Source of the DNA: Eutreptiella sp. 'Long Island Sound 2002'
Lineage: Eukaryota > Protista > Euglenida
Length of the DNA stretch: 64,000 nt
Direction: 5' to 3'
NCBI GenBank assembly: GCA_964036045.1
Contig: OZ038378.1
Coordinates: forward strand, 181,660,001 to 181,724,000
Below, in pieces: positions 37,806 to 49,790 of the stretch. Each line of letters starts with the position of its first letter. Positions within the stretch are counted from its first letter, which is position 1. The position numbers and the translations under genes were made by a program. The notes under the pieces were generated by a model. The model was given only the letters and a program-made list of their open reading frames with translations. It ran no database searches and was not told where the DNA came from.

Positions 37806-38408
37806 CTGCTTGAGGATGTGCTTGAGGGTCGCGTTGTCAAGCTGCGTCACCCCCGACAGGTCCAGCCGCTTCAGGTTCCGGATGCCGTTCGCGAGCGCGT
37901 GCAGGCCCGCGGGCCGCAGCGTGTCCTGCGAGCACAGCTTCATGATCAGGACGGCCAGGCGGGTGAGCCGGCTCCCGATGGCCGCGACCCCCATGTCCCC
38001 GACGCTCGTGCAGCCGCTCAGGTTGAGCCACTCCAGCGCCGGGCAGTACTGCGAGATGGCGATGAGGGACTGGTCCGTGAGGCCGGCGCAGTACGACAGG
38101 TCGAGGGCCCGGATGCGGCGGCTGCTGTGCAGCGTCCGGAAGGTGGACACGCCCCCGTGGTCGAGGGGGAGGCCGGAGAGGCACAGGACTTGGAGCTGGG
38201 GGCAGTTTTGCAGGAGCCGCGCGACGGCCTCGCCGGACACGTTGGTGCAGTGGCTGAGGTTCACGAGGGCCAGCAGCTGGCAGCCCTCGGCGATGCGGAT
38301 GATGGTGCGGCTGGACAGCTGCATGCAGCCCGCGAGGTTCAGGAGCTTGAGGTTCGGGCAGAACTCGCCGATCTTGAACAGGAGGTCGTCGCTGAGCCAC
38401 GTCTGGCC
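37806..38408 (-). CDS. LRR gene, exon 5: cysteine-containing LRRs (FBXL/AMN1-type; CPNLKLLNLAGCMQLS, CPQLQVLCLSG, CPALEWLNLSGCTSVGD)
   Basis: About seven LxxLxLxxC repeats, GC3-rich, acceptor gtgccgcAG, donor CAG|GTACGC. Confidence 0.93.
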
Positions 38409-38609
38409 CTGCGGCACAAGAAACGGCGTGGGGATGCGGTGGACGGGGGATGGCGGGGGGGGTGCCTCCGCATTCCACGGTCCCAATGGCTGCGGGAACA
38501 AAGCAGCGAATTGGGGTCCTGCACGCTGCGCATACGAGGGTTAGCCTCGAGGCAGGACGGGGCTGTGCCGCCGGGCCACCTCCCTACGCCTCGCCCCTTG
38601 TGTACGCGC

Positions 38610-38894
38610 AGAGAAGGTCTCGTAGTTCAGCGGTCATGCACATGACGCCTGAACTAAAGGTGCTCGGTTCGAATCCCGGTGGAGGCCAAACGCAGTGACC
38701 TAGGCGCTAGGGTGCTGGTGACCCCGCGAGCCGGAAGGGACGCTGCGCACGGTTCGAACCCCGGTGGGGGAGGAACGCAGTGTCCTAGGCGCTAGGGTGT
38801 CGGTGACCCCGCGAGCCGGAAGGGATGCTGCGAGGGACAGGTAGGGATCACTGATACGCTGGAGTTCGCAGATCGCCCGAGCAACTTACCTTTA
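38610..38894 (+). mobile_element. tRNA-Phe-derived SINE with duplicated B box and 14-bp target-site duplication
   Basis: tRNA-like head at 38616-38688 (A box TAGTTCAGCGG, B box GGTTCGAATCC, CTGAA..CTAAAGGT like tRNA-Phe). Internal 85-bp duplication with a second B box at 38751. Flanked by CCTTGTGTACGCGC at 38596-38609 and 38895-38908. Confidence 0.8.
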
Positions 38895-39996
38895 CCTTGT
38901 GTACGCGCCGCGAGGGAAGGACCCTCGCCAAGGGCTTAGGTCTCTTCCTCGCTGGCCCTTCCGTGGCCCGTGCCGGGGCCTGCGTGTCCTCCCTCTGGCG
39001 CGGCGACGATCTCCCCTGCCCCGATCCCTCCGTCGGGGCTCCTCCCCTGGTCATGCCCGGCGCAAACAGGCCTCTGGCCGCCGTCCATCTCGGCGGCGTC
39101 GCAATGGCTGCGGGAACAGGCCAGACCATTTAGGTCCCGCACACGGTGCGTACGGGGATCGGCTTAGAGAGGCTCTAAGTCCAACATGCGATCCTGTTGT
39201 TCTGACGAGGGCGTTGTTCTCGCAAAGGGGGCGGGCGGTACAATTGCCGCTTGTTCCCCTCGGCCTCTTGTCCCAGAGTGCGGCCCGCGCTGGAGACGTC
39301 GTGCGTGGGCCCCCTCCCAGCGCCTCTGATCTCCGCGTACTCTCTGGGGATCCGTTCCGCACACGCTCCAGGACGAGGGTGGGGGTGGGTGGGTGGGGGG
39401 CGGGCACCTCGATAATGCAGCCCGTGACTCGCCCGCCCCGATAAGATGAGCCGCTGGTGTCCGGCAGAGGGGCCGTATCTCGTTAGGAAGTGGCCCGATG
39501 CCATACGCCACGAAGCAGCACACATTCCTGTCACACCCAGAATTCCGTCGGTGCCTGCTGCATTCAGTGCCAGTAGGACCCAGCTGAAGATTGTGCGAGC
39601 TATGCAGGTATACTGTGGTATTGCAGGCGCAAGCATATCGCTTAGGTATTGGCAGGGGATTTCAGGGGTGTTGTGTTCATGCAGCACGGTATTCGAGGTG
39701 GATGTTGGTGTGTCATGTATGAGCAAGGCAGTGTTGCAGGAAGACGTTGGGTCCAACATGCAGCAGACTGGCACACAAGTTTTGAAAATATGCACAAGCA
39801 CCGCAGCCCCTTGTGGAACGGTCATTCCTGGTTCTATGGCGTTTTCGAAGTACCGCAGGAACCGTACCACTGTACTGAACAGAAAACGTGACGTGGCGGA
39901 CCCTGGTGGCACATCTGTACATGAGGATGGGTGGGTGTGAGCAAGCAAGTGTTAGTGTCAGTGTGCCTGTGAATTTCGGTGTGAGTGAGTGTGGAC

Positions 39997-40160
39997 TAGG
40001 GAATCAGGCCGAATTCCCGAATTCGCACTTGGGATTCGAATTCGCCCCGAATTCGCCTGGGGGCTCTAGTGTAATGCGAATTCGCGAATTCGAATTCGTT
40101 CTTCGAATTTGACCGAATTCGAATTCGATTTTTTGAATTCGGCCCGAATCTGAGACCCTA
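39997..40160. mobile_element. hAT-like MITE containing 10 GAATTC sites
   Basis: Ends TAGGG...CCCTA with TCAG and GGCCGAATTC inverted matches. Flanking 8-mers GTGTGGAC and GTGTAGAG (6/8 match). Confidence 0.65.
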
Positions 40161-40237
40161 GTGTAGAGTGTGAGTGCAAGTACAACTTCGATTACGGGCC
40201 TGACTGCGAGTGTGCGAGTGGGTTTGTTGGCACTGAC

Positions 40238-40812
40238 CTCCAACATGATCTCCTCCACATCACCGCCCTTTTCCGTGAGCAGTGCCGCAAGGCTCTCGTC
40301 CACCCACGCAAACGCACAGGGGTCGTCATCGCACGAGAAAGCCATGGACGGCGTGGGCCCGATGCCACTCGAGGGGCCCGCAGTCTGCGGGGGGTTGAGC
40401 ACGTTGAGCTTCTTGAGGTGGTCGGGGAGCTTCTCCGTGAAGGAGGAGGTGCTCTCGGGCGTCGTGATGATCAGCGTGTTGCCCATGCGCTGGCCCTGGC
40501 CGCAGAGGTACTGCTGCAGGACCGGGCGGCGCAGCGTGGGGTTGTACACGCTCACCAGCTTCTGCGTGACGATCTTCACGCGCCGGCGGCCCGCCACGTC
40601 GTCTACCGGAGTGGGCATGTGCCCGGGATCGGCGTCGACGTTCTCATGCTCGCACTTGGAGTCCACCACGGAGTTCCACAGGTTGAAGTGGCTGTCCATG
40701 CCCAGGGCCGCAGACAGGGAATAGGTCTTCTCCTCCGGCACGTTGGTCTCGGCGTCTTCGGACTCGTCTGCTTCGGAAGAGTCGTCGCTCCTGCCGTCGA
40801 ACTCGATCTCCC
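40238..40812 (-). CDS. LRR gene, exon 4 (acidic/low-complexity, then VKIVTQKLVSVYNP...DVEEIMLE)
   Basis: Acceptor aaacctccAG (phase 1), donor GAG|GTCAGT (phase 0), GC3-rich. Confidence 0.85.
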
Positions 40813-42775
40813 CTGGAGGTTTGTCGTGGATATAGAGGGAGGAGGTCAAGCATGCGTTAGAAGAGAGGAGGGAGGGTTGGTGTGTGGGTGGGTGGGGGGG
40901 GGGGGTTGGCAGAAGGCCTCAGTATATGTGGGGGGTGGGTGGGGAGGGATGGTCAGGTCGCAGTATCCGCATGAGGGTCTGGCTGCGCCTGCCACACCAC
41001 GGCTTTCATTGGGCGGGGGAGGGGGGGTTCGGCTCCGACCCCTCCCCCCCTCCTATGGGTTGTCAACCTTGAGGGTTCCAGATGGGTTTCTCTTCCCGTG
41101 CGGCGCCTGCGGCATGCTGCAAGCACCCCCCGGTTCCCGGTATTAGACCCTCAACTTGGGATGGATAGGTCTGTGGGCATGCTATTGTTGGTGCACCCAG
41201 CAGAGGCTCTAGTCAGGTGCCAAGCAATGCTGGTCTTGTACGATCATGTTTTGCGCTCCACAATGGTTTGACAGTAACAAACCTGTCATAGCGTGCCACC
41301 CTGTACATCCGTGTGCAACACGGTGGAACCCTCAAACTCTCGGTAACCTTGCACCGCCCTGTACCCTACGCAATGCACGAGGGCCTGTAGCTGCCGTCTG
41401 CATCCCTCTATACACCTGTCTAAGCCCTTTACCACCTGCTACAACCTCTGATAACTCTCTATAGCCCACGACAACGAGCTACGAAGGGTTACATCCCTCA
41501 TTTGCCTCTGGTTTCCCCCAACCTTTCTAAAAATGCACTGCTAGGGATCAATATGAAACATGTTCCCACATGTAGCCTTCTTGCAATTGGCAATATGGGC
41601 ATCAACCTTGCGTTTCGAATCTTGGGGAGATCCAAACGTTCCCACCACTGGTCCCATATTTTTGTCCTGCTCTTTTCTTGGGTCTTTTCTTAAAATCTCC
41701 GCGCGAGGTGCGATAATGTTGCAGAGTGGATGACACTTTTGTTGCGAGTAATCGCCACTCTTCCAACTCTGGGTTTGAATTTGCAAAATACAATGAAGTG
41801 TCTCAACACCTTCGTCTAAAAATACAAGAAAGCCATACAGACCTGTAGGGCCCACAATAACGAGCAAATATTCTTGTAAAAGCAAGGTCCAAATGCAAAA
41901 TTCAACATTGACCACTGTTGATCCCACAATGGTCTGCATAGAGAACAAAATTCAGTGTCACCTTGCCAAAGAATCTACACTCCTAGTACTTGTAGGCTTC
42001 AATTCTGGTGTGCTGCAGGGCATGCTGCAAGATGCAACTCAGGTGCCGCTGGAACCCCTTGGGGGCAAAACTGATACACTGATACACAAGATACACCAGG
42101 CTATGCGGGCAGGCAGCAGGGGGGAGGGCGGGGAGCAGCGTCAGCAATGCTGCAACTGACACTGAGCTCTCCCTTGTATCCAATTAAAAAGTAGGCGGGG
42201 GTTGCTCAGGGGTGGGAGCAGGGCACTGGCTAAAGGGTGAGGTGGATGGGTAGCCGGTTCAAGCACCTCCCAACTGTTTGTGGTGTGGATGTACACGGAG
42301 ATGCGTCACTGCTACCCCTCGAAAAATATGTGGCCTTTCTCGCTGCAGACTCACACACACACTACACGACAGCATGGGATTGTTGAGCCCAATTCCAGGT
42401 GACGAGCGCACCACAAATGCGAAAAAAACATTCAAATTATGCAAAGATGTGCCACTTGCATTGATCAAAAACAGTGAACATCGGCTGCAATGACATGAAA
42501 AACACCAAAAACACATGGAAAACACCCAAAAACAAGGGAAAACGGGTAAAAGACGGGACATGACAAAACAACATGTTTTTTGGCCCTTGACGGGCTGACA
42601 AGACGGTTGATTGGTAGAGGCCTGTGGAGTAGGCGAAAACCGCAAGGAGCCAAGAAGTGGGGTATTAGAGGATTGTATGGAGGTAGATAGTGTCGCATGC
42701 TGGGATACTGAGACATAAAGGTTGGATGTATAGATAGGGGGTGATTTAGGGAACTGTACAGTAGAGCGCAAGTAC

Positions 42776-43254
42776 CTGTCCGCGCATTGTACCGGGCCAC
42801 CGTTTTGTTGTTGTCTGACGCGGGAGCCTCAATTATCAGCTCTTTCTTGGGAGCGGCCTCAGGCACAGGCTCATCAACCGTCGCCGGCGGCATCTCCAGC
42901 AGTCCGCCATCCACTCCACCTTCACCCTCCTCACCTTCCACGGGTTCCTCGGGTTCAGGCTCTGGGACCGGTGTCACAGGCCGCATAGGTCGTACCGGGG
43001 GCTCCACCACAGGGTTGGTATGATGCAGCTCATGCTCCAGCATCCCGCGGGTCTTGGGATTGCGAGTCTGAAGGATGTGACGAACCTCAGGCTTGAGGGT
43101 ACGATATGACGCCGGAGGTGCAACGGTGATGTTGTTCAAGTTGTGGAAGGTCTTGTTCTGGTAATTGTTGTTGTTGTGGATGTGTGGCGTTGTCCGGCTG
43201 TTCTGCTGGAAGCGCACTCCCCGCTCTGCTGCGGGCCGCAGTGCATTGGCGGAC
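42776..43254 (-). CDS. LRR gene, exon 3 (SANALRPAAERG...NKTVARYNART)
   Basis: Acceptor atctacAG (phase 2), donor AG|GTACTT (phase 1). Phases match the flanking exons. Confidence 0.82.
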
Positions 43255-43818
43255 CTGTAGATACGGAGTGATGTAGCCTGCTGCGCTGGGTGAGGGTTGG
43301 AAGAGGATTGCACCAGCAGCCGATTGTACAGGGTAGCGGACGAAGGGGTATGGAAGGTCGCACAGAGTTGCACAAAATGCCAGGGTGGAAGTGTTGAGGA
43401 CGCATCGAACGACCCCCTGCCCCCTGCCCCCGCTCCAAACGCCGATAGCTACCCACCAACCACCGTCGGGTACCGCCCAAGCGCCGTTGGTCCACCTTGC
43501 CCAACGCTACCCTACCCTTACGTCCACAAAGCCAACATGGCGTGACCCAGCAGTCCTGAGGGGGGGGGGGGGCTCGCAAACGAGGACCGCCCTGCAGAAT
43601 AACATCAGAAGAGATAAGAGAGGCAGGGGTCTGGGACCCAAAAGTGTGTGTACCAAAAATGGCCCGATCAGATTTTCCCGATGGTAAATCTCGTTTTTTC
43701 CCACGATGGTCCCTTTGGTGGGAGGGGGCAGGGCGGGGGGGGGGGGGCTCCTACGATGGTTGTCGGCCGTTCTGATGGAAGCCTGCGGGCCTGCCCCGAG
43801 ATGATGCAGAGGCCCCAC

Positions 43819-44339
43819 CTGGCGGCATTAGCGGGCACTGTATGGGGCGGCAGGGGGCTGAACAGCGCCTGGGACAGCAGGACGGCGGCCCGCGTGGTCA
43901 GCGACACCGGGTCCTCCTCCTCCGCGTCGCTGCCCTTCGACGCCTCGTCCGTCACAGCGGCGCTGGCGCGGGTCGGGGACGAGGCAGCCTCACTGCGGAA
44001 CGCCAGGCCCGCGGCCTGGGACGTGGCCAGCAGCGGGTGCCATTCGTCTGCCTTGGTCTTGGGCTGCGGGTTCACGAGGTCAGGCACGGGGTCCAGCGTC
44101 GGGGGCGGCTGCTGCCAGTACGGGTTCGGCTGCTGCGGATGCGGCGGCTGCACGAAGGCGCGCTTCACCGTCTTTCGGGCGGGGCTTTCCACCGCCGGTT
44201 CAGAGGTGGGCTCGGAGTGCAGAGAGGCTTGGTCACTGCACTGGGCGGGGGTCTGCTCTGCGGACGTTGTGCCCACCGTCCCAGAGGCAGAGTGGGGCGA
44301 CACGCTGTCGGGGTGACCAGGGGGGCGCGGCGAGGTGAT
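43819..44339 (-). CDS. LRR gene, exon 2 (P/S/A-rich)
   Basis: Acceptor cccttcacAG (phase 0), donor AG|GTGGGG (phase 2). Confidence 0.8.
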
Positions 44340-44907
44340 CTGTGAAGGGTCCAGGGCAACGGATGGGACCAGGGGCTCAAAGGACGGGACTGAGGGGCAT
44401 GCAGTGGTAGCGGCAGGTTGGGAGTAATGTGCTAGGGTGAACACCTTAGACCGTCCGCACAACAGAAATCGGGTATTTAGTCTGGGCTGCAACAAATGCT
44501 ACAAGTGCTACTTATGATGATGCAAATACCACCCCTCCTGGCCTTTGCACTGCCACTCCTTAACTCTTAACTCACACCCACCTTCCAATTTCCAATCCCA
44601 ATTTCAATCCACTGCCTTGGCATTTCAAAGTGCTTTGACAACCACACCCCTCTGCAAAACTCCGCAAGCTGTAAAGACCTTCCACAAACCGTTACAACCT
44701 TCTGCAGCCGTCTACAGCCCTCGACAATGCTGTGTGACCTTCTATAAGCCTTTTCGACCCTCTGCCATCCTTTGGAGCCTGCAAAAACCTTCGGCAACCC
44801 TCTGCAACCCTCTACTCCTAGTGGTTACTCTCTACGACTCTCTTCAACCATGTACGCGCATGTACAACGCTGCACAACCTTCTGCAATGTTCGTGCAAAG
44901 GAAACAC

Positions 44908-45165
44908 CTTTGAAAGGCCGGGGCTGCCAGCCAACGTGTAGGGATAGTTCATTTTGCAGGAGAAGTACGGTGGAATGCCATGCTGCTGCTTGAACTCCTC
45001 TTCCGAACGGATGGGCTTGTGTGTGGCCACTGAGATAGGGGGCAGCACCTTCTCGACCCGAACCAGGTGACGCTTTGCGCTGCTGAAAGGCGAGGCCGAG
45101 ATCTTGTTCTGCTGGTACCGCTCATCGAGAAAGGGAGAACGGATGTACTGCCCGTCCATTGCCAT
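44908..45165 (-). CDS. LRR gene, probable exon 1 (MAMDGQYIRSPFLDERYQQNKISASPF...SPGLSK)
   Basis: ATG at 45165, donor AAG|GTGTTT. The six exons total 2745 nt = 915 codons including the stop. Confidence 0.6.
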
Positions 45166-46406
45166 TTCAAACAGGAGCAAGTGGCAAAGAGCAGGTGCTC
45201 AATGCCCCACGTCACGCTCCAAACAAGACGGACATAGGAAAAAGGAGATCTGGAGAAGGACAAAACGGTGGTGCAGACAAAATGGACGTGTGGCACATGG
45301 TGTTGATCCCAGGTGGTTTGTTGTTTTTCAGAAGCTTCGGGTTTTTGCGAGCAGAAATACGTGCAATGGCAATGATGAATAAAAATATTGATGTAGCACA
45401 ACAATCTCAAGAATATGCTGCATCAAACCAACAAAGAAGAACACCACTGTTGCACAAGGAGTTGGAGAACATTGGATAATTCTGCACTATTGCCAATGAG
45501 GGGCCATGCCCCCATTGAAAACCCAGAAACCCCCCTCCCTGGATGCCGATGGCCAACAGTTAGTCATCTCTCTTCAAGGTGCCTTGCTGAAGGCAGTAGA
45601 ATTTGCCAAGGTTTATCCGAGATTTATCACATGGTGACTGAATTGGGTTAGACGTTAGTGAAGCTGTAGAGGGTGCTAGTTGAGAGTTCAAAATCAAGCA
45701 TTGGAACCTTATTTTTTTGCTGTTCCATGATGGAAGACACGGAAGAGGAGGAAACATTGGACTGTGCTTCACGTACGTCAACTGCATTGTGGGGACGCAA
45801 AGGGTGTTGTCGCACGGTGCGGCCCCTTTCCGATGTTTCCGGGGATTTTGCCCGGTGAAGAGGCCCACTGCAAACCACTATGGCGGGTGTTCCCAAATGG
45901 TTGTGGATGGTCGCCAGGTGATACCTGGTGTTTCTTTCTACCTTGCAGGGGGATTTTTGTTACTTTCTGGTGGGTTTTCGCAGTTTTCATGGTTAGTCTG
46001 ATGCCTTCCATGCGTCCCAGTGTCCCAATTTCTGCCACCATCCTTAGCATAACATGCATGTTCACAAAGCAGCCACACATTGAACCACGCGGAGTTGTCC
46101 CTTCATGTTTGGCACAGACTCGCTGAATGACAAAACACTGCGTGTATGGCAATAATGTAAATCATGCGTGTATGGCAATATGATATAAATCACCAGAGAT
46201 TGCGGTCATGCACGACGATGTTCCCCAGAATGTCAACTGGAACATTAAATATATGTGTGCTTCCATAGGGGGCATTTTCGCACATCGCGCGCACAGCGCC
46301 AATTATTACACTGTTTATCCCGGTAATACCCCTGAAAACCACCCACCTACAGAAGCATGCATGCTCAATTCCAACACCGGGGAGGCCGGGTTTTCGTTTC
46401 CGGGGA

Positions 46407-46753
46407 GGGGGGTTTGATAGAGCCCTCCGGCCGGACCCCCCTCCCAAAAAAGGCTCAATTGACAGGACCCCCAAATCCTACCAAGACTGACCCCTGGGCC
46501 TCGGAGGTGACCCAGACCCAAAAATCGAGAAAAAAAGAAAATGGGATTGTTGGAATCAGCGCGTCGAGGGGGTTCAGAAAAGTCATCATTTGCCATATAT
46601 ATGGTGAAAAAAAATCGACCAATTTTAATGCTCAGAAAAATTTTCGGCGCCTTTGGCGCTAGACTTCATAATGACTCAGTAATGGTGCTTGTCAATTGAG
46701 CCCTTTTTCCGAACCCCCCGGTTTTAGGGGGTTCTATTGACCCCCCCCCCCCC
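46407..46753. mobile_element. MITE with G-run termini and about 55-bp imperfect TIRs (...AAAAAGGCTCAATTGACA)
   Basis: Left 46407-46465 versus the reverse complement of 46688-46753. Confidence 0.65.
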
Positions 46754-46875
46754 TTGGAAGTGAAAACCCGACATGCCCTGTGCAATTGAAGTGTGTCGTG
46801 TTCTCATCATCACATTTGTCCAAAAACATGTATTGGGTTCCATGTGTTACAGAACACATGAAAATATATTAAGGG

Positions 46876-47624
46876 CTACCCGGGAACCTCAATCTCACAA
46901 GTATGTTCACGCATGCAACGTGAACACAAGTAAAGGTCACGTGTGGAGCATTCGGAGGTGTCCCTTTTGCCGCAAACTGGGCAGAGATAGGTATCATCAT
47001 CATCCTCATCAACCTCGGGAGCCTCTTCCTCTGCCCAAATGGAAGAAGGAATGTGTTCCCATGGGCCATAAGGCTGAACCACTCTCCAGGACCAAAGCTG
47101 GGTAAACAAGTGTTCCACCCGTGCTCTATAATATCCATGGATATCATTATAGGTTTTCTGACGGATGGTCAAAGTCTTTCGACCAATGAAAGGGACATGT
47201 GAATGCAATCGACCCTTGAATGCAATCGGCCCTTGTATGCGCCATCATGGACACCAACCTCAAACTCCATGAAACAACCCTTGGTACATTGTGGCCCATA
47301 TCGGTCCCATATCTTAACATCGGCACTAGTGCCGGGTAGGACAGGGCATACCCACACAATGTTACCCAAATTGTCCACGGTAACTTTCCATACACAACCC
47401 GCATACTTGGGGTTGAATAATATATCGGAAAGAGCACCCCCAATTGAACTGATTGGCACGGCATCGGTGAAGTGGGTAACAAGATACGGAAAATGAGGGT
47501 TATGGTTGAACTTATTCAAATGTTTTGACCAACGCACCTCATCAACTGCAAAATTCAGGTACCACCGAACCTTACATACAATGCGATCAATTGCTTGGGG
47601 GCTTGCCTTGGGCTTCCCCACCAT
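46876..47624 (-). pseudogene. PIF/Harbinger (IS5-like, DDE_Tnp_4) transposase remnant, copy 1, with C-terminal zinc finger
   Basis: FTDAVPI, KYAGCVWKVTVDNLGNIVW, PGTSADVKIW, HDGAYKG, YNDIHGYYRARVEHLF. Frame broken by a 17-bp tandem duplication (47201-47234). Confidence 0.8.
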
Positions 47625-48427
47625 TCAAGACCTTGGGACCCATGGGGGGAACCCTTGCACTGCGCACTACTTTTAGACTAGATTCCCTTGTGAAGAACCC
47701 CCATACCGACCCTTTCCAGACACCCTCAAAATTAGGCCACCCTAGCTACCCAAATGCCCCTAAATTTAAGTAAATGAAAATTACCCTAGCTCAAGACAAA
47801 TTGCAAGCTACCTTCCCTTTATATAAGACATCATGCAAAATGCACAAAGCCACGCACATATCCTCTTTTTTGTTCAATTGAAAGCTCACTCACCCTACTA
47901 GCTAGTCCCACAACCGCGTATGTGTCCAACCCATCCTCAATTGGACCGGGGGGCAAAGTTTTTGGCAGGAGGGAATCCACGTCAACCTCTGTTTTCAACT
48001 TGTGGTAAAACCACGCTTCCTCATCAGCAGGGATGCGGCCTCGCATAGGGCATTCAACTGTGGTCAGGCAAAAACCGGGCAGTCTGTCACGTCAACTCGA
48101 GGGGCCAACACCAAAGTGTGGGAGTCCATGGTGAAGATGAGCAAAAAAAAACGTGAAAAGGGGTGGGAATGGGTGAAAGTGGGTGAAAATCCAAAAATAC
48201 CATATCCCCCATGTGGAAGAAGCATCAAAACCTATGCTAGGGGCAACAATGATGCCCCTAGTGTCACAAAGTATGGGTCTCCGGTACGGCTATACGCCCA
48301 AATAGTTGCACTGTGCACGCACTGCGCTCAGGGCGCCCCCATGGCAAGCATCAGACTGAATTAAAAAAAATCCTTGTGTACCAGTAGGGGCTGTAGGGTG
48401 CAGAATTCAGGACCCTGGGACCCATGG

Positions 48428-48819
48428 CAAGCATCCGACTAAAAAAAAATTAACCCTCCAAAATCTTGACCTTCGCGGCTAGCTGCTTCCTAGCCTAACG
48501 AGACTGTTGCGTGGTCTTGGGGGCGCATGGCTTTGCATGGGGCTGCGGTGTTGCACATCTTGATGGACTCCTTCCGCGTTCTTCAAGCGGCGGCAGCGGC
48601 GAATGACTGCGGTGGGGTGGTGACAAGCATCCGACTAAAAAAAAATTAACCCTCCAAAATCTTGACCTTTGCGGCTAGCTGCTTCCTAGCCTAACGAGAC
48701 TGTTGCGTGGTCTTGGGGGCGCATGGCTTTGCATGGGGCTGCGGTGTTGCACATCTTGATGGACTCCTTCCGCGTTCTTCAAGCGGCGGCAGCGGCGAAT
48801 GACTGCGGTGGGGTGGTGA
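48428..48819 (+). repeat. 196-bp near-perfect tandem duplication
   Basis: Units start at 48428 and 48624. One substitution seen. Confidence 0.92.
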
Positions 48820-49002
48820 ATCAGCACTTGGAATGGCCAAGGAAATGCAGTCCATTTTGCACTGCCGATTCAACACCTTGATTGCATCTTGAAAATACTC
48901 CAAGTGGATTAATCCTTCTGGTGAGAGCCCCACCAGTGTGGCACGAACGCGCACCCCAATGGAGCAGGTGTAGAACACCTTGTCTCCAACATTGAAGTCC
49001 AT
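48691..49002 (-). CDS. Small ORF with Tudor/SH3-like N-terminus (MDFNVGDKVFYT...ATLVGLSPEGLIHLEY), probably TE-borne
   Basis: 103-aa ORF. The F-x-VGD-x-V pattern is typical of Tudor/KOW/SH3-fold starts. It lies downstream of transposase remnant 2 on the same strand. Confidence 0.4.
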   Translation of the reverse strand: MDFNVGDKVFYTCSIGVRVRATLVGLSPEGLIHLEYFQDAIKVLNRQCKMDCISLAIPSADSPPHRSHSPLPPLEERGRSPSRCATPQPHAKPCAPKTTQQSR

Positions 49003-49414
49003 GGTAAATGCAAAAAAGGGTCTAAGGACATGAGGGGCAAAATATGATGTCCCGCAGCAGACACCTTGAGAATGTATCACCACAAACCCAGCTTAGGGTG
49101 CCCGTTTGCAAAAGTACACACAAGTAGGGGAGGGGAAATGATGCTACAATTATGTACAATGCCAACGGCACACTATGACAATGCTGTGTGGGTGCCCATG
49201 CCCATCATACACCCCAAAAACTAGGTACCGGTAGTGGAAAATAGCCTACTTTTCGCGCAGCGCGGGCACAACGCATGGTGCGCCCCCATAGTTGGGGTTC
49301 AAGACTTGCGTTTGCGCAGGTTCACTTGTGGAGATCTCAATCTTATCCAATGGTCCATAAACAAGGAAACAATCGTTGCCTTGCAGCCTAGGAATAGAGA
49401 ATGCAAAAGGATGG

Positions 49415-49790
49415 CTAACAAGTGTGACCCTGATGACAGGCCTCGCAGAAACGCGGCGCACACGATGAACATGTGTAGTTACTTGGGTGGGCACACAATT
49501 GGCACACACTCTGCATTCCCTTTGCATCAACTTCTTCAGTTGCCTCAAGAGGGCCATTAGACTACAATGTGGGAGGCACATGGGGCCAGGGCCCATGGGG
49601 TTGATACTTAACTTACGATTCAAGACAAACTGCTTAATATGCAACAAAATGTGGACATACTGATGCAACTCCTCCTCCACACCATCCCAAATGTTGCACA
49701 CAATTTTCCATTGCCACAGTTGCGCAAACAACTGCTCGACACGTGCACGATAAAAACCGTGCACATCATTGTAGTCCTACTGTCGTCCAT
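49415..49790 (-). pseudogene. PIF/Harbinger-like transposase remnant, copy 2 (C-terminal part) with B-box-like zinc finger
   Basis: FYRARVEQLFAQLWQWKIV...HILLHIKQF, then after frameshifts CQLCAHPSNYTCSSCAPRFCEACHQGHTC*. Confidence 0.7.

Noticed and set aside
37770-38645. Plus-strand ORFs over the LRR exon
   Set aside because: Antisense shadows of GC3-rich coding sequence.
38616-38688. Functional tRNA-Phe gene
   Set aside because: Mismatches in the acceptor and T stems and a shortened anticodon arm. It is embedded in a TSD-flanked unit, so it is better explained as a SINE head.
41470-41950. Protein-like fragments in LRR intron 3
   Set aside because: Short, frame-broken and not assignable; probably a TE remnant.
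37027-45165. Euglenid-type non-conventional introns
   Set aside because: All five introns of the LRR gene resolve as canonical GT-AG with consistent phases.
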